Below the pieces are notes generated by a model. It worked only from the letters and a program-made list of their open reading frames with translations. It was not told the DNA's origin and did no database searches. The position numbers were made by a program, and so were the translations under genes. Shown here piece by piece: positions 1 through 17,102 of a DNA stretch of 64,000 nt. Position 1 is the first letter of the stretch; each line of letters starts with the position of its first letter. This stretch comes from Escherichia coli (GTDB lineage: Bacteria; Pseudomonadota; Gammaproteobacteria; Enterobacterales; Enterobacteriaceae), in assembly GCF_013315695.1 (NCBI RefSeq), contig NZ_CP054353.1, one strand, 5' to 3'.

Positions 1-100
1 AGAAGTGGATTACGAGAAATCTCGTCTGAAAGTGTCTGTTTCTATCTTCGGTCGTGCGACCCCGGTAGAGCTGGACTTCAGCCAGGTTGAAAAAGCCTAA
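1..100 (+). CDS. nusG: Transcription antiterminator NusG, 3' end (partial, runs off window start)
   Basis: Open frame from the window edge to TAA at 98-100; peptide ...[19 protein letters not shown] matches the NusG C-terminus; position immediately upstream of rplK. Confidence 0.85.
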
Positions 101-195
101 CCCAGCGATCAAAAAAGCGGCGATTTAATCGTTGCACAAGGCGCGAGATTGGAATACAATTTCGCGCCTTTTGTTTTTATGGGCCTTGCCCGTAA

Positions 196-1395
<1,200 letters not shown>

Positions 1396-1686
1396 TGCCT
1401 TTACGTGGGCGGTGATTTTGTCTACAATCTTACCCCCACGTATGCTAACGAAAGTTAGCAGCTAAAAAGATTTGTTCGTTGGAGCCTGGCCTATCCAGGC
1501 CTCCGTCGAAGACCGCAGGAGTTTCGCAAGAAACTTAATCCCCTGCGTAGACGGTGACAGAACGCTAAGATTATTCTTTTATATTCTGGCTTGTTTCTGC
1601 TCACCGTAATTAAGACGCTCTCTCCGTTTGGAGGAGTGAAGTGAGTTCCAGAGATTTTCTCTGGCAAACATCCAGGAGCAAAGCTA
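1396..1686 (+). promoter_or_regulatory. rplJ leader (rplJL promoter and L10-L12 autoregulatory mRNA leader)
   Basis: 290 nt non-coding spacer between rplA and rplJ; established location of the L10 leader in enterobacteria; boundaries not refined. Confidence 0.55.
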
Positions 1687-2184
1687 ATGGCTTTAAATCT
1701 TCAAGACAAACAAGCGATTGTTGCTGAAGTCAGCGAAGTAGCCAAAGGCGCGCTGTCTGCAGTAGTTGCGGATTCCCGTGGCGTAACTGTAGATAAAATG
1801 ACTGAACTGCGTAAAGCAGGTCGCGAAGCTGGCGTATACATGCGTGTTGTTCGTAACACCCTGCTGCGCCGTGCTGTTGAAGGTACTCCGTTCGAGTGCC
1901 TGAAAGACGCGTTTGTTGGTCCGACCCTGATTGCATACTCTATGGAACACCCGGGCGCTGCTGCTCGTCTGTTCAAAGAGTTCGCGAAAGCGAATGCAAA
2001 ATTTGAGGTCAAAGCCGCTGCCTTTGAAGGTGAGCTGATCCCGGCGTCTCAGATCGACCGCCTGGCAACTCTGCCGACCTACGAAGAAGCAATTGCACGC
2101 CTGATGGCAACCATGAAAGAAGCTTCGGCTGGCAAACTGGTTCGTACTCTGGCTGCTGTACGCGATGCGAAAGAAGCTGCTTAA
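1687..2184 (+). CDS. rplJ: 50S ribosomal protein L10
   Basis: 165 aa [70 protein letters not shown]. Confidence 0.97.
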
Positions 2185-2250
2185 TCGCAGTTATCTTTTT
2201 AACGCATTCGCTTACGTATAAACTTATTCTGATATTCAGGAACAATTTAA

Positions 2251-2616
<366 letters not shown>

Positions 2617-2655
2617 GCCAACCCTTCCGGTTGCAGCCTGAGAAATCAGGCTGAT

Positions 2656-2687
2656 GGCTGGTGACTTTTTAGTCACCAGCCTTTTTG
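2656..2687 (+). terminator. rplL-rpoB intergenic attenuator hairpin
   Basis: GGCTGGTGACT-tttt-AGTCACCAGCC perfect stem followed by TTTTT; sits between rplL stop and rpoB start where the partial attenuator is known. Confidence 0.75.
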
Positions 2688-2935
2688 CGCTGTAAGGCGC
2701 CAGTAGCGTTTCACACTGTTTGACTACTGCTGTGCCTTTCAATGCTTGTTTCTATCGACGACTTAATATACTGCGACAGGACGTCCGTTCTGTGTAAATC
2801 GCAATGAAATGATTTAAGCGTGATAGCAACAGGCATTGCGGAAAGTGTTCCATTTTCCGGTCAACAAAATAGTGTTGCACAAACTGTCCGCTCAATGGAC
2901 AGATGGGTCGACTTGTCAGCGAGCTGAGGAACCCT

Positions 2936-5900
2936 ATGGTTTACTCCTATACCGAGAAAAAACGTATTCGTAAGGATTTTGGTAAACGTCCACAAGTTCT
3001 GGATGTACCTTATCTCCTTTCTATCCAGCTTGACTCGTTTCAGAAATTTATCGAGCAAGATCCTGAAGGGCAGTATGGTCTGGAAGCTGCTTTCCGTTCC
3101 GTATTCCCGATTCAGAGCTACAGTGGTAATTCCGAGCTGCAATACGTCAGCTACCGCCTTGGCGAACCGGTGTTTGACGTCCAGGAATGTCAAATCCGTG
3201 GCGTGACCTATTCCGCACCGCTGCGCGTTAAACTGCGTCTGGTGATCTATGAGCGCGAAGCGCCGGAAGGCACCGTAAAAGACATTAAAGAACAAGAAGT
3301 CTACATGGGCGAAATTCCGCTCATGACAGACAACGGTACCTTTGTTATCAACGGTACTGAGCGTGTTATCGTTTCCCAGCTGCACCGTAGTCCGGGCGTC
3401 TTCTTTGACTCCGACAAAGGTAAAACCCACTCTTCGGGTAAAGTGCTGTATAACGCGCGCATCATCCCTTACCGTGGTTCCTGGCTGGACTTCGAATTCG
3501 ATCCGAAGGACAACCTGTTCGTACGTATCGACCGTCGCCGTAAACTGCCTGCGACCATCATTCTGCGCGCCCTGAACTACACCACAGAGCAGATCCTCGA
3601 CCTGTTCTTTGAAAAAGTTATCTTTGAAATCCGTGATAACAAGCTGCAGATGGAACTGGTGCCGGAACGCCTGCGTGGTGAAACCGCATCTTTTGACATC
3701 GAAGCTAACGGTAAAGTGTACGTAGAAAAAGGCCGCCGTATCACTGCGCGCCACATTCGCCAGCTGGAAAAAGACGACGTCAAACTGATCGAAGTCCCGG
3801 TTGAGTACATCGCAGGTAAAGTGGTTGCTAAAGACTATATTGATGAGTCTACCGGCGAGCTGATCTGTGCTGCGAACATGGAGCTGAGCCTGGATCTGCT
3901 GGCTAAGCTGAGCCAGTCTGGTCACAAGCGTATCGAAACGCTGTTCACCAACGATCTGGATCACGGCCCATATATCTCTGAAACCTTACGTGTCGACCCA
4001 ACTAACGACCGTCTGAGCGCACTGGTAGAAATCTACCGCATGATGCGCCCTGGCGAGCCGCCGACTCGTGAAGCAGCTGAAAGCCTGTTCGAGAACCTGT
4101 TCTTCTCCGAAGACCGCTATGACCTGTCTGCGGTTGGTCGTATGAAGTTCAACCGTTCTCTGCTGCGCGAAGAAATCGAAGGTTCCGGTATCCTGAGCAA
4201 AGACGACATCATTGATGTTATGAAAAAGCTCATCGATATCCGTAACGGTAAAGGCGAAGTCGATGATATCGACCACCTCGGCAACCGTCGTATCCGTTCC
4301 GTTGGCGAAATGGCGGAAAACCAGTTCCGCGTTGGCCTGGTACGTGTAGAGCGTGCGGTGAAAGAGCGTTTGTCTCTGGGCGATCTGGATACCCTGATGC
4401 CTCAGGATATGATCAACGCCAAGCCGATTTCCGCAGCAGTGAAAGAGTTCTTCGGTTCCAGCCAGCTGTCTCAGTTTATGGACCAGAACAACCCGCTGTC
4501 TGAGATTACGCACAAACGTCGTATCTCCGCACTCGGCCCAGGTGGTCTGACCCGTGAACGTGCAGGCTTCGAAGTTCGAGACGTACACCCGACTCACTAC
4601 GGTCGCGTATGTCCAATCGAAACCCCTGAAGGTCCGAACATCGGTCTGATCAACTCTTTGTCCGTGTACGCACAGACTAACGAATACGGCTTCCTTGAGA
4701 CTCCGTATCGTAAAGTGACCGACGGTGTTGTAACTGACGAAATTCACTACCTGTCTGCTATCGAAGAAGGCAACTACGTTATCGCCCAGGCGAACTCCAA
4801 CCTGGATGAAGAAGGCCACTTCGTAGAAGACCTGGTAACCTGCCGTAGCAAAGGCGAATCCAGCTTGTTCAGCCGCGACCAGGTTGACTACATGGACGTA
4901 TCCACCCAGCAGGTGGTATCCGTCGGTGCGTCCCTGATCCCGTTCCTGGAACACGATGACGCCAACCGTGCATTGATGGGTGCGAACATGCAACGTCAGG
5001 CCGTTCCGACTCTGCGCGCTGATAAGCCGCTGGTTGGTACGGGTATGGAACGTGCTGTTGCCGTTGACTCCGGTGTAACTGCGGTAGCTAAACGTGGTGG
5101 TGTCGTTCAGTACGTGGATGCTTCCCGTATCGTTATCAAAGTTAACGAAGACGAGATGTATCCGGGTGAAGCAGGTATCGACATCTACAACCTGACCAAA
5201 TACACCCGTTCTAACCAGAACACTTGTATCAACCAGATGCCGTGTGTGTCTCTGGGGGAACCGGTTGAACGTGGCGACGTGCTGGCAGACGGTCCGTCCA
5301 CCGACCTCGGTGAACTGGCACTTGGTCAGAACATGCGCGTAGCGTTCATGCCGTGGAATGGTTACAACTTCGAAGACTCCATCCTCGTATCCGAGCGTGT
5401 TGTTCAGGAAGACCGTTTCACCACCATCCACATTCAGGAACTGGCGTGTGTGTCCCGTGACACCAAGCTGGGGCCAGAAGAGATCACCGCTGACATCCCG
5501 AACGTGGGTGAAGCTGCGCTCTCCAAACTGGATGAATCCGGTATCGTTTACATTGGTGCGGAAGTGACCGGTGGCGACATTCTGGTTGGTAAGGTAACGC
5601 CGAAAGGTGAAACTCAGCTGACCCCAGAAGAAAAACTGCTGCGTGCGATCTTCGGTGAGAAAGCGTCTGACGTTAAAGACTCTTCTCTGCGCGTACCAAA
5701 CGGTGTATCCGGTACGGTTATCGACGTTCAGGTCTTTACTCGCGATGGCGTAGAAAAAGACAAACGTGCGCTGGAAATTGAAGAAATGCAGCTCAAACAG
5801 GCGAAGAAAGACCTGTCTGAAGAACTGCAGATCCTCGAAGCGGGTCTGTTCAGCCGTATCCGTGCTGTGCTGGTAGCCGGTGGCGTTGAAGCTGAGAAGC

Positions 5901-6964
5901 TCGACAAACTGCCGCGCGATCGCTGGCTGGAGCTGGGCCTGACCGACGAAGAGAAACAAAATCAGCTGGAACAGCTGGCTGAGCAGTATGACGAACTGAA
6001 ACACGAGTTCGAGAAGAAACTCGAAGCGAAACGCCGCAAAATCACCCAGGGCGACGATCTGGCACCGGGCGTGCTGAAGATTGTTAAAGTATATCTGGCG
6101 GTTAAACGCCGTATCCAGCCTGGTGACAAGATGGCAGGTCGTCACGGTAACAAGGGTGTAATTTCTAAGATCAACCCGATCGAAGATATGCCTTACGATG
6201 AAAACGGTACGCCGGTAGACATCGTACTGAACCCGCTGGGCGTACCGTCTCGTATGAACATCGGTCAGATCCTCGAAACCCACCTGGGTATGGCTGCGAA
6301 AGGTATCGGCGACAAGATCAACGCCATGCTGAAACAGCAGCAAGAAGTCGCGAAACTGCGCGAATTCATCCAGCGTGCGTACGATCTGGGCGCTGACGTT
6401 CGTCAGAAAGTTGACCTGAGTACCTTCAGCGATGAAGAAGTTATGCGTCTGGCTGAAAACCTGCGCAAAGGTATGCCAATCGCAACGCCGGTGTTCGACG
6501 GTGCGAAAGAAGCAGAAATTAAAGAGCTGCTGAAACTTGGCGACCTGCCGACTTCTGGTCAGATCCGCCTGTACGACGGTCGCACTGGTGAACAGTTCGA
6601 ACGTCCGGTAACCGTTGGTTACATGTACATGCTGAAACTGAACCACCTGGTCGACGACAAGATGCACGCGCGTTCCACCGGTTCTTACAGCCTGGTTACT
6701 CAGCAGCCGCTGGGTGGTAAGGCACAGTTCGGTGGTCAGCGTTTCGGGGAGATGGAAGTGTGGGCGCTGGAAGCATACGGCGCAGCATACACCCTGCAGG
6801 AAATGCTCACCGTTAAGTCTGATGACGTGAACGGTCGTACTAAGATGTATAAAAACATCGTGGACGGCAACCATCAGATGGAGCCGGGCATGCCAGAATC
6901 CTTCAACGTATTGTTGAAAGAGATTCGTTCGCTGGGTATCAACATCGAACTGGAAGACGAGTAA
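2936..6964 (+). CDS. rpoB: RNA polymerase beta subunit
   Basis: 1342 aa from ATG at 2936 ([38 protein letters not shown]); the track ORF begins 11 codons earlier at an upstream in-frame ATG. Confidence 0.97.
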
Positions 6965-7040
6965 TTCTCGCTCAAACAGGTCACTGCTGTCGGGGTAAAA
7001 CCCGGCAGCGGATTGTGCTAACTCCGACGGGAGCAAATCC

Positions 7041-10000
7041 GTGAAAGATTTATTAAAGTTTCTGAAAGCGCAGACTAAAACCGAAGAGTTTGATGCGATC
7101 AAAATTGCTCTGGCTTCGCCAGACATGATCCGTTCATGGTCTTTCGGTGAAGTTAAAAAGCCGGAAACCATCAACTACCGTACGTTCAAACCAGAACGTG
7201 ACGGCCTTTTCTGCGCCCGTATCTTTGGGCCGGTAAAAGATTACGAGTGCCTGTGCGGTAAGTACAAGCGCCTGAAACACCGTGGCGTCATCTGTGAGAA
7301 GTGCGGCGTTGAAGTGACCCAGACTAAAGTACGCCGTGAGCGTATGGGCCACATCGAACTGGCTTCCCCGACTGCGCACATCTGGTTCCTGAAATCGCTG
7401 CCGTCCCGTATCGGCCTGCTGCTCGATATGCCGCTGCGCGATATCGAACGCGTGCTGTACTTTGAATCCTATGTGGTTATCGAAGGCGGTATGACCAATC
7501 TGGAGCGTCAGCAGATCCTGACTGAAGAACAGTATCTGGACGCGCTGGAAGAGTTCGGTGACGAATTCGACGCGAAGATGGGTGCGGAAGCAATCCAGGC
7601 CCTGCTGAAGAGCATGGATCTGGAGCAAGAGTGTGAACAGCTGCGTGAAGAGCTGAACGAAACCAACTCCGAAACCAAGCGTAAAAAGCTGACCAAGCGT
7701 ATTAAACTGCTGGAAGCGTTCGTTCAGTCTGGTAACAAACCAGAGTGGATGATCCTGACCGTTCTGCCGGTACTGCCGCCAGATCTGCGTCCGCTGGTTC
7801 CGCTGGATGGTGGTCGTTTCGCGACTTCTGACCTGAACGATCTGTATCGTCGCGTCATTAACCGTAACAACCGTCTGAAACGTCTGCTGGATCTGGCTGC
7901 GCCGGACATCATCGTACGTAACGAAAAACGTATGCTGCAGGAAGCGGTAGACGCCCTGCTGGATAACGGTCGTCGCGGTCGTGCGATCACTGGTTCTAAC
8001 AAGCGTCCTCTGAAATCTTTGGCCGACATGATCAAAGGTAAACAGGGTCGTTTCCGTCAGAACCTGCTCGGTAAGCGTGTTGACTACTCCGGTCGTTCTG
8101 TAATCACCGTAGGTCCATACCTGCGTCTGCATCAGTGCGGTCTGCCGAAGAAAATGGCACTGGAGCTGTTCAAACCGTTCATCTACGGCAAGCTGGAACT
8201 GCGTGGTCTTGCTACCACCATTAAAGCTGCGAAGAAAATGGTTGAGCGCGAAGAAGCTGTCGTTTGGGATATCCTGGACGAAGTTATCCGCGAACACCCG
8301 GTACTGCTGAACCGTGCACCGACTCTGCACCGTCTGGGTATCCAGGCATTTGAACCGGTACTGATCGAAGGTAAAGCTATCCAGCTGCACCCGCTGGTTT
8401 GTGCGGCATATAACGCCGACTTCGATGGTGACCAGATGGCTGTTCACGTACCGCTGACGCTGGAAGCCCAGCTGGAAGCGCGTGCGCTGATGATGTCTAC
8501 CAACAACATCCTGTCCCCGGCGAACGGCGAACCAATCATCGTTCCGTCTCAGGACGTTGTACTGGGTCTGTACTACATGACCCGTGACTGTGTTAACGCC
8601 AAAGGCGAAGGCATGGTGCTGACTGGCCCGAAAGAAGCAGAACGTCTGTATCGCTCTGGTCTGGCTTCTCTGCATGCGCGCGTTAAAGTGCGTATCACTG
8701 AGTATGAAAAAGATGCTAACGGTGAATTAGTCGAGAAAACCAGCCTGAAAGATACGACCGTTGGCCGTGCCATTCTGTGGATGATTGTACCGAAAGGTCT
8801 GCCTTACTCCATCGTCAACCAGGCGCTGGGTAAGAAAGCAATCTCCAAAATGCTGAACACCTGCTACCGCATTCTCGGTCTGAAACCGACCGTTATTTTT
8901 GCGGACCAGATCATGTACACCGGCTTTGCCTATGCAGCGCGTTCTGGTGCATCTGTTGGTATCGATGACATGGTCATCCCGGAGAAGAAACACGAAATCA
9001 TCTCCGAGGCAGAAGCTGAAGTTGCTGAGATTCAGGAGCAGTTCCAGTCTGGTCTGGTAACTGCGGGCGAACGCTACAACAAAGTTATCGATATCTGGGC
9101 TGCGGCGAACGATCGTGTATCCAAAGCGATGATGGATAACCTGCAAACTGAAACCGTTATTAACCGTGACGGTCAGGAAGAGAAGCAGGTTTCCTTCAAC
9201 AGCATCTACATGATGGCCGACTCCGGTGCGCGTGGTTCTGCGGCACAGATTCGTCAGCTTGCTGGTATGCGTGGTCTGATGGCGAAGCCGGATGGCTCCA
9301 TCATCGAAACGCCAATCACCGCGAACTTCCGTGAAGGTCTGAACGTACTCCAGTACTTCATCTCCACCCACGGTGCTCGTAAAGGTCTGGCGGATACCGC
9401 ACTGAAAACTGCGAACTCCGGTTACCTGACTCGTCGTCTGGTTGACGTGGCGCAGGACCTGGTGGTTACCGAAGACGATTGTGGTACCCATGAAGGTATC
9501 ATGATGACTCCGGTTATCGAAGGTGGTGACGTTAAAGAGCCGCTGCGCGATCGCGTATTGGGTCGTGTAACTGCTGAAGACGTTCTGAAGCCGGGTACTG
9601 CTGATATCCTTGTTCCGCGCAACACGCTGCTGCACGAACAGTGGTGTGACCTGCTGGAAGAGAACTCTGTCGACGCGGTTAAAGTACGTTCTGTTGTATC
9701 TTGTGACACCGACTTTGGTGTATGTGCGCACTGCTACGGTCGTGACCTGGCGCGTGGCCACCTCATCAACAAAGGTGAAGCAATCGGTGTTATCGCGGCA
9801 CAGTCCATCGGTGAACCGGGTACACAGCTGACCATGCGTACGTTCCACATCGGTGGTGCGGCATCTCGTGCGGCTGCTGAATCCAGCATCCAGGTGAAAA
9901 ACAAAGGTAGCATCAAGCTCAGCAACGTGAAGTCGGTTGTGAACTCCAGTGGTAAACTGGTTATCACTTCCCGTAACACCGAACTGAAACTGATCGACGA

Positions 10001-11264
10001 ATTCGGTCGTACCAAAGAAAGCTACAAAGTACCTTACGGTGCGGTACTGGCGAAAGGCGATGGCGAACAGGTTGCTGGCGGCGAAACCGTTGCAAACTGG
10101 GACCCGCACACCATGCCGGTTATCACCGAAGTAAGCGGTTTTGTACGCTTTACTGACATGATCGACGGCCAGACCATTACTCGTCAGACCGACGAATTGA
10201 CCGGTCTGTCTTCGCTGGTGGTTCTGGATTCCGCAGAACGTACCGCAGGTGGTAAAGATCTGCGTCCGGCACTGAAAATCGTTGATGCTCAGGGTAACGA
10301 CGTTCTGATCCCGGGTACCGATATGCCTGCGCAGTACTTCCTGCCGGGTAAAGCGATTGTTCAGCTGGAAGATGGCGTACAGATCAGCTCTGGTGACACC
10401 CTGGCGCGTATTCCGCAGGAATCCGGCGGTACCAAGGACATCACCGGTGGTCTGCCGCGCGTTGCGGATCTGTTCGAAGCACGTCGTCCGAAAGAGCCGG
10501 CAATCCTGGCTGAAATCAGCGGTATCGTTTCCTTCGGTAAAGAAACCAAAGGTAAACGTCGTCTGGTTATCACCCCGGTAGACGGTAGCGATCCGTACGA
10601 AGAGATGATTCCGAAATGGCGTCAGCTCAACGTGTTCGAAGGTGAACGTGTAGAACGTGGTGACGTAATTTCCGACGGTCCGGAAGCGCCGCACGACATT
10701 CTGCGTCTGCGTGGTGTTCATGCTGTTACTCGTTACATCGTTAACGAAGTACAGGACGTATACCGTCTGCAGGGCGTTAAGATTAACGATAAACACATCG
10801 AAGTTATCGTTCGTCAGATGCTGCGTAAAGCTACCATCGTTAACGCGGGCAGCTCCGACTTCCTGGAAGGCGAACAGGTTGAATACTCTCGCGTCAAGAT
10901 CGCAAACCGCGAACTGGAAGCGAACGGCAAAGTGGGTGCAACTTACTCCCGCGATCTGCTGGGTATCACCAAAGCGTCTCTGGCAACCGAGTCCTTCATC
11001 TCCGCGGCATCGTTCCAGGAGACCACTCGCGTGCTGACCGAAGCAGCCGTTGCGGGCAAACGCGACGAACTGCGCGGCCTGAAAGAGAACGTTATCGTGG
11101 GTCGTCTGATCCCGGCAGGTACCGGTTACGCGTACCACCAGGATCGTATGCGTCGCCGTGCTGCGGGTGAAGCTCCGGCTGCACCGCAGGTGACTGCAGA
11201 AGACGCATCTGCCAGCCTGGCAGAACTGCTGAACGCAGGTCTGGGCGGTTCTGATAACGAGTAA
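7041..11264 (+). CDS. rpoC: RNA polymerase beta-prime subunit
   Basis: 1407 aa, GTG start; [37 protein letters not shown], zinc-finger cysteines, NADFDGD catalytic motif. Confidence 0.97.
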   Translation: MKDLLKFLKAQTKTEEFDAIKIALASPDMIRSWSFGEVKKPETINYRTFKPERDGLFCARIFGPVKDYECLCGKYKRLKHRGVICEKCGVEVTQTKVRRERMGHIELASPTAHIWFLKSLPSRIGLLLDMPLRDIERVLYFESYVVIEGGMTNLERQQILTEEQYLDALEEFGDEFDAKMGAEAIQALLKSMDLEQECEQLREELNETNSETKRKKLTKRIKLLEAFVQSGNKPEWMILTVLPVLPPDLRPLVPLDGGRFATSDLNDLYRRVINRNNRLKRLLDLAAPDIIVRNEKRMLQEAVDALLDNGRRGRAITGSNKRPLKSLADMIKGKQGRFRQNLLGKRVDYSGRSVITVGPYLRLHQCGLPKKMALELFKPFIYGKLELRGLATTIKAAKKMVEREEAVVWDILDEVIREHPVLLNRAPTLHRLGIQAFEPVLIEGKAIQLHPLVCAAYNADFDGDQMAVHVPLTLEAQLEARALMMSTNNILSPANGEPIIVPSQDVVLGLYYMTRDCVNAKGEGMVLTGPKEAERLYRSGLASLHARVKVRITEYEKDANGELVEKTSLKDTTVGRAILWMIVPKGLPYSIVNQALGKKAISKMLNTCYRILGLKPTVIFADQIMYTGFAYAARSGASVGIDDMVIPEKKHEIISEAEAEVAEIQEQFQSGLVTAGERYNKVIDIWAAANDRVSKAMMDNLQTETVINRDGQEEKQVSFNSIYMMADSGARGSAAQIRQLAGMRGLMAKPDGSIIETPITANFREGLNVLQYFISTHGARKGLADTALKTANSGYLTRRLVDVAQDLVVTEDDCGTHEGIMMTPVIEGGDVKEPLRDRVLGRVTAEDVLKPGTADILVPRNTLLHEQWCDLLEENSVDAVKVRSVVSCDTDFGVCAHCYGRDLARGHLINKGEAIGVIAAQSIGEPGTQLTMRTFHIGGAASRAAAESSIQVKNKGSIKLSNVKSVVNSSGKLVITSRNTELKLIDEFGRTKESYKVPYGAVLAKGDGEQVAGGETVANWDPHTMPVITEVSGFVRFTDMIDGQTITRQTDELTGLSSLVVLDSAERTAGGKDLRPALKIVDAQGNDVLIPGTDMPAQYFLPGKAIVQLEDGVQISSGDTLARIPQESGGTKDITGGLPRVADLFEARRPKEPAILAEISGIVSFGKETKGKRRLVITPVDGSDPYEEMIPKWRQLNVFEGERVERGDVISDGPEAPHDILRLRGVHAVTRYIVNEVQDVYRLQGVKINDKHIEVIVRQMLRKATIVNAGSSDFLEGEQVEYSRVKIANRELEANGKVGATYSRDLLGITKASLATESFISAASFQETTRVLTEAAVAGKRDELRGLKENVIVGRLIPAGTGYAYHQDRMRRRAAGEAPAAPQVTAEDASASLAELLNAGLGGSDNE

Positions 11265-11285
11265 TCGTTAATCCGCAAATAACGT

Positions 11286-11311
11286 AAAAACCCGCTTCGG
11301 CGGGTTTTTTT
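11286..11311 (+). terminator. Rho-independent terminator of rplKAJL-rpoBC
   Basis: AAAAACCCGC-ttcg-GCGGGTTTTTTT about 20 nt after rpoC stop. Confidence 0.85.
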
Positions 11312-11505
11312 ATGGGTGTTATTCAGAGGGCAAATTCTTCATGGGAAATATTAAGAAAGGCAGGGCGAAACGAGGAAGAAGCTTTTCGCCCTGGACAACA
11401 TTCCTGCTGACGGGACTACCATAAAAAAACACAACGCTTTCAACAACCTTGCGTTTTTCATCTTCCGTAGCGGCTCGGAATAAATTTACGTTGTTACATT
11501 CTGTC

Positions 11506-12639
11506 TCATGGCCTTTGCGAGGCGCGTCCCAGATAGCTGTCCCAGTCTTTCCATACCGGCTGCAAACCCTGAGCGGTTAACGCGGCAGCAACCGCTTCCG
11601 GTCTGCGATCGTCGTGCGGTGAGAACTGTTCCAGCTCGGGGTGATTGTCGGCATAGCCACCTGGCTGCGTTTTCGAAAAAGCGCTAACGTTATTAATTGC
11701 CAGCGGAATAACGCGATCGCGAAACCACGGTGATTCCCGCGTGGAGAGTGACAGTTCAATCTCCGGTGCAAGCAGCCGGAAGGCGCAGATGGTTTGCACT
11801 AACTGGCGTTCATCCATAATCGACGCAGGCTCAATGCCGCCAGTACATGGACGCAGGCGTGGGAAGGAGACAGAGTAGCGGCTTTGCCAGTAATGCTGTT
11901 GCAGCCATAGCAAATGTTCTGCAACCATATAGCAGTCAATGCGCCAGCTGTCGGAAAGGCCAATTAGCGCGCCGAGGCCTATCTTATCAATCCCCGCACG
12001 GCCCAGCCGATCCGGCGTTTCCAGCCGCCAGAAGAAGTCCTGTTTTTTACCTTTCAGATGATGGCGGGCATAAGTCGCCTCGTGATATGTCTCCTGATAA
12101 ACCATCACGCCATCCAGACCTAGTTGCTTTAACTCGGCGTATTCCGTCTCCGCCAGCGGTTGCACTTCCATCTGTAGTGAAGAGAACTGTTCACGCAGGG
12201 CAGGGAGATGACGACGAAAGTAATCCATCCCCACTTTCGCCTGATGTTCACCAGTGACTAATAGCAGATGTTCAAAGCCCATCTCCCGTATAGCGGCGCT
12301 TTCCCTGGCAATATCCGCTTCATCCAGCGTTTTGCGCTTGATGCGGTTGCTCATAGAAAATCCGCAATAAGTACAGTCGTTAGCGCAGAGATTGGAAAGA
12401 TAAAGCGGGACGTAGAAGCTGACGACGTTGCCAAATCGCTGACGTGTCAGACGCTGCGCCCGTTGGGCCAGTGGTTCCAGATAGCCACTGGCGGCTGGCG
12501 ATAACAGCGCCATCATATCGTCGCGGGTGAGTTGCGAGACATTTAGCGCCCGCTCTACGTCAGCAGCCGTTTTGCCGTTGATACGCAGGCGGATGTCGTC
12601 CCAGTCCAGTTGTCGCCAGCGATCGCTGAAGTTTTTCAT
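11506..12639 (-). CDS. thiH: 2-iminoacetate synthase (tyrosine lyase) ThiH
   Basis: 377 aa from ATG(rc) at 12637-12639 ([33 protein letters not shown]), radical-[13 protein letters not shown] motif; the 497 aa track ORF is an upstream extension overlapping thiG. Confidence 0.93.
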   Translation of the reverse strand: MKNFSDRWRQLDWDDIRLRINGKTAADVERALNVSQLTRDDMMALLSPAASGYLEPLAQRAQRLTRQRFGNVVSFYVPLYLSNLCANDCTYCGFSMSNRIKRKTLDEADIARESAAIREMGFEHLLLVTGEHQAKVGMDYFRRHLPALREQFSSLQMEVQPLAETEYAELKQLGLDGVMVYQETYHEATYARHHLKGKKQDFFWRLETPDRLGRAGIDKIGLGALIGLSDSWRIDCYMVAEHLLWLQQHYWQSRYSVSFPRLRPCTGGIEPASIMDERQLVQTICAFRLLAPEIELSLSTRESPWFRDRVIPLAINNVSAFSKTQPGGYADNHPELEQFSPHDDRRPEAVAAALTAQGLQPVWKDWDSYLGRASQRP

Positions 12640-13406
12640 GCCGATGCCTCCAGAAATCCGGTCAGCGGGCTGGTGGCATGAGCAAAATGACTGCGGCTGC
12701 CCGGTCCGGACTGACGTGCCAGCAGGCCTGCTTCTACCGCCAGACGAAATGCCTTCGCCATGTTGACGGGATCGTCCGCGACGGCAATCGCCGTATTCAC
12801 TAACACCGCGTCGGCCCCCATTTCCAGCGCCTGCGCGGCATGGCTGGGAACGCCGATGCCAGCATCGACAACCACCGGAACGGTGGCCTGCTGGATAATA
12901 ATCTCCAGCATGGCGCGGGTTTCCAGTCCCTGATTCGAGCCAATCGGCGCGCCGAGCGGCATTACTGCTGCACAGCCCACTTCCTCCAGACGTTTGCACA
13001 ACACCGGATCGGCACCGCAGTAAGGCAGCACGACAAATCCCTGTTGCACCAGCGTTTCGGCGGCTTTCAGGGTTTCGATGGGATCGGGCAACAGCCAGCG
13101 GACGTCAGGGTGAATCTCTAATTTTAGCCAGTTTGTGCCTAACGCTTCACGTGCCAGATGGGCAGCAAAGATCGCTTCTTCCGCAGTTTTCGCTCCGGAA
13201 GTATTCGGCAGCAGTGTTACACCCGCCGCGATAAGTGGATCGAGGATAGCATCGTTGTGTTGGTGCAAATCGACGCGTTTCATCGCCAGTGTCACCAGTT
13301 GGCTGCCGGAAGCGCGGATCGCCTCCACCATCAGTTGTGAAGAAGCGAATTTCCCTGTGCCGGTAAACAGATGTGAATCAAACGTTTTGTCCGCAATACG
13401 TAACAT
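12636..13406 (-). CDS. thiG: Thiazole synthase ThiG
   Basis: 256 aa [20 protein letters not shown]...; 4 nt overlap with thiH start. Confidence 0.93.
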   Translation of the reverse strand: MLRIADKTFDSHLFTGTGKFASSQLMVEAIRASGSQLVTLAMKRVDLHQHNDAILDPLIAAGVTLLPNTSGAKTAEEAIFAAHLAREALGTNWLKLEIHPDVRWLLPDPIETLKAAETLVQQGFVVLPYCGADPVLCKRLEEVGCAAVMPLGAPIGSNQGLETRAMLEIIIQQATVPVVVDAGIGVPSHAAQALEMGADAVLVNTAIAVADDPVNMAKAFRLAVEAGLLARQSGPGSRSHFAHATSPLTGFLEASA

Positions 13407-13407
13407 C

Positions 13408-13608
13408 TCAACCCCCTGCAATAACCTGAAAAAGCAGGATCTGGTCGCCATCCTGCACGATATGTTGCGCCCACTGCTCACGCGGGACGATTTGCTGATT
13501 AATCGCCAGAGCCGCGCCCGCTTGTCGTTGGTCGAGTTGCTCCAGTAGTTCGTGAACCGTTTGCCCGGCGGCGCACTGCATCGGTTGATCGTTAAACAGG
13601 ATCTGCAT
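13408..13608 (-). CDS. thiS: Sulfur carrier protein ThiS
   Basis: 66 aa [25 protein letters not shown]...QVIAGG with C-terminal GG. Confidence 0.9.
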   Translation of the reverse strand: MQILFNDQPMQCAAGQTVHELLEQLDQRQAGAALAINQQIVPREQWAQHIVQDGDQILLFQVIAGG

Positions 13609-14347
13609 TGCTTCCTCCGCATACCGGGCAACCACTGGCGCGGCGCAACGCCAGGCTGCGCCACTGGCTCGACTTACCGTCGAACAGTCGGAGTTCTCCC
13701 GCAGGCGTCTCTATACCGCTTAATAACTTAATGGCTTCCAGGGCCTGCAAAGTGCCCATAACCCCGACCACCGGGCCAACCACGCCCGCCGTGCGGCAGT
13801 TGCGTTCAGGCTCCTGGTTATCTGGCCACAGGCAGCGGTAACACCCCTGCTCCCAGGGCGGCGTCAGTACCATCAACTGACCGCCAAATCCGACCGCGCT
13901 GGCGGTGATAAGCGGCGTGTTGAGTGCCACGCAGGCGGTATTAATCTCCTGACGAGTCGCCATATTGTCGGTACAGTCGAGCACCACATCGGCCCGTGCT
14001 ACCGCATCTTTTAACGCCTCACCCGTTAACCGTTGTTGTAGTGCCGTCAGTTGAATGTCGGGATTCAACTGTGTCAGTCGCTGTTGGCTGACCTGCGATT
14101 TCGGGCGATCGATATCTTCAGTGGTAAAGAGGATTTGTCGTTGCAGATTGCTTAAATGCACATCGTCGTCATCTGCCAGTACCAGCGTCCCGACGCCAGC
14201 CCCCGCCAGGTATAGCGCAGCAGGTGTACCCAGCCCGCCAAGACCAATAATCAGCACCTGGCTGTCGAGCAGTTTTTGCTGCCCGTCCAGAGCGATATCG
14301 TCGAGCAGGATTTGGCGGCTATAACGCATAAAGTCACGGTCATTCAT
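13592..14347 (-). CDS. thiF: ThiS adenylyltransferase ThiF
   Basis: 251 aa [40 protein letters not shown] (E1-like Rossmann motif); overlaps thiS by 17 nt. Confidence 0.93.
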   Translation of the reverse strand: MNDRDFMRYSRQILLDDIALDGQQKLLDSQVLIIGLGGLGTPAALYLAGAGVGTLVLADDDDVHLSNLQRQILFTTEDIDRPKSQVSQQRLTQLNPDIQLTALQQRLTGEALKDAVARADVVLDCTDNMATRQEINTACVALNTPLITASAVGFGGQLMVLTPPWEQGCYRCLWPDNQEPERNCRTAGVVGPVVGVMGTLQALEAIKLLSGIETPAGELRLFDGKSSQWRSLALRRASGCPVCGGSNADPV

Positions 14348-14974
14348 CGCCAGCTCCTGCAATTTCCAGCAACTGTGCCGTTGCCAAACGCCAGTCTGCG
14401 GCTTGAGTAATGGCGCTGACGACGGCGATACTGCCGACACCCGTTGCTATCACCGCAGGCGCGCGCGGCAGACTGATACCGCCAATCGCCACGGTGGGAT
14501 AATCCACCAGGCGCTCAACATGCCGTGCCAGCTGTTCCAGCCCCTGCGGTGCGGAAGGCATCTGTTTGGTTTGTGTCGGAAACACATGTCCCAGCGCGAT
14601 ATAAGAAGGACGTGCCGCCAGCGCGACGTCGATTTCCATATCATCATGAGTCGAAACGCCCAGCCGCAGGCCCGCTGTACGGATAGCGTCGAGATCGGTG
14701 GCTTGCAAATCTTCCTGTCCCAGATGGACGCCATATGCCTGATGCTTAATCGCCAGCCGCCAGTAATCGTTGATAAACAGCCGTGCGTTATAGCGGCGGC
14801 CCAGCGCAATTGCTGCCACGACATCGGCTTCAACCTCTTCATCGCGCCGATCTTTGATGCGCAGCTGGAGAGTACGCACGTCTGCATCCAACAGACGTTC
14901 GATCCACTGTACGCTATCCACTACCGGGTACAGTCCTAAACGAAAAGGTACATGAGGAAAATCAGGCTGATACA

Positions 14975-14975
<1 letters not shown>
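14340..14975 (-). CDS. thiE: Thiamine-phosphate synthase ThiE
   Basis: about 211 aa, [29 protein letters not shown]; start codon ambiguous between two adjacent ATGs. Confidence 0.92.
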
Positions 14976-16873
<1,898 letters not shown>

Positions 16874-16944
16874 TCATTCCAAAAAGTTAAGGACGTGGCT
16901 TGTCAGACGACGGATGAAGCAAGAGACGATCGCCGCAAAGGCGA

Positions 16945-17035
16945 TGCGATAGCAGATTAACTCTTGTTCCCTTCGCAGGTATTAGCCTGATCAGGTTCCG
17001 CGGATCCCGAATAAACGGTCTCAGCCAGTTAAGGC
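16945..17035 (-). promoter_or_regulatory. TPP riboswitch (THI element) in thiC leader
   Basis: Reverse strand reads ...GGCTGAGACCGT...ACCTGATCAGGCTAATACCTGCGAAGGGAA, carrying the conserved CUGAGA and ACCUGAUC/GGnUAAUnCC/AGGGAA blocks, upstream of thiC. Confidence 0.8.
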
Positions 17036-17102
17036 ACTCCGACAAGAAATTAGCCCCACAAACGGGGCGTTGAATGTAAATTACGCGTTAACAGCGCAGA
17101 AC

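Noticed and set aside
3986-11138. Very long antisense ORFs inside rpoB and rpoC (1062 aa at 3986..7174, 513 aa at 7134..8675, 803 aa at 8727..11138, all minus strand)
   Set aside because: Shadow ORFs opposite highly expressed genes with strong codon bias; no start context; their translations are low-complexity and the sense strand encodes well-known proteins.
11265-11505. Short rpoC-thiH spacer holding only a 27-codon ORF (MGNIKKGRAKRGRSFSPWTTFLLTGLP); I recall a small gene (yjaZ/htrC) annotated here in K-12
   Set aside because: I cannot verify from memory whether a gene of that size truly occupies this position in K-12, and the sequence alone shows only a terminator and a tiny ORF. Alignment to K-12 is needed, so it is not reported as a deletion.
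11506-12999. 497 aa track ORF extending thiH 120 codons upstream
   Set aside because: The extension overlaps the thiG coding region and is Arg/Gly-rich and low-complexity; the canonical 377 aa ThiH begins at the internal ATG with a 4 nt thiG-thiH overlap.
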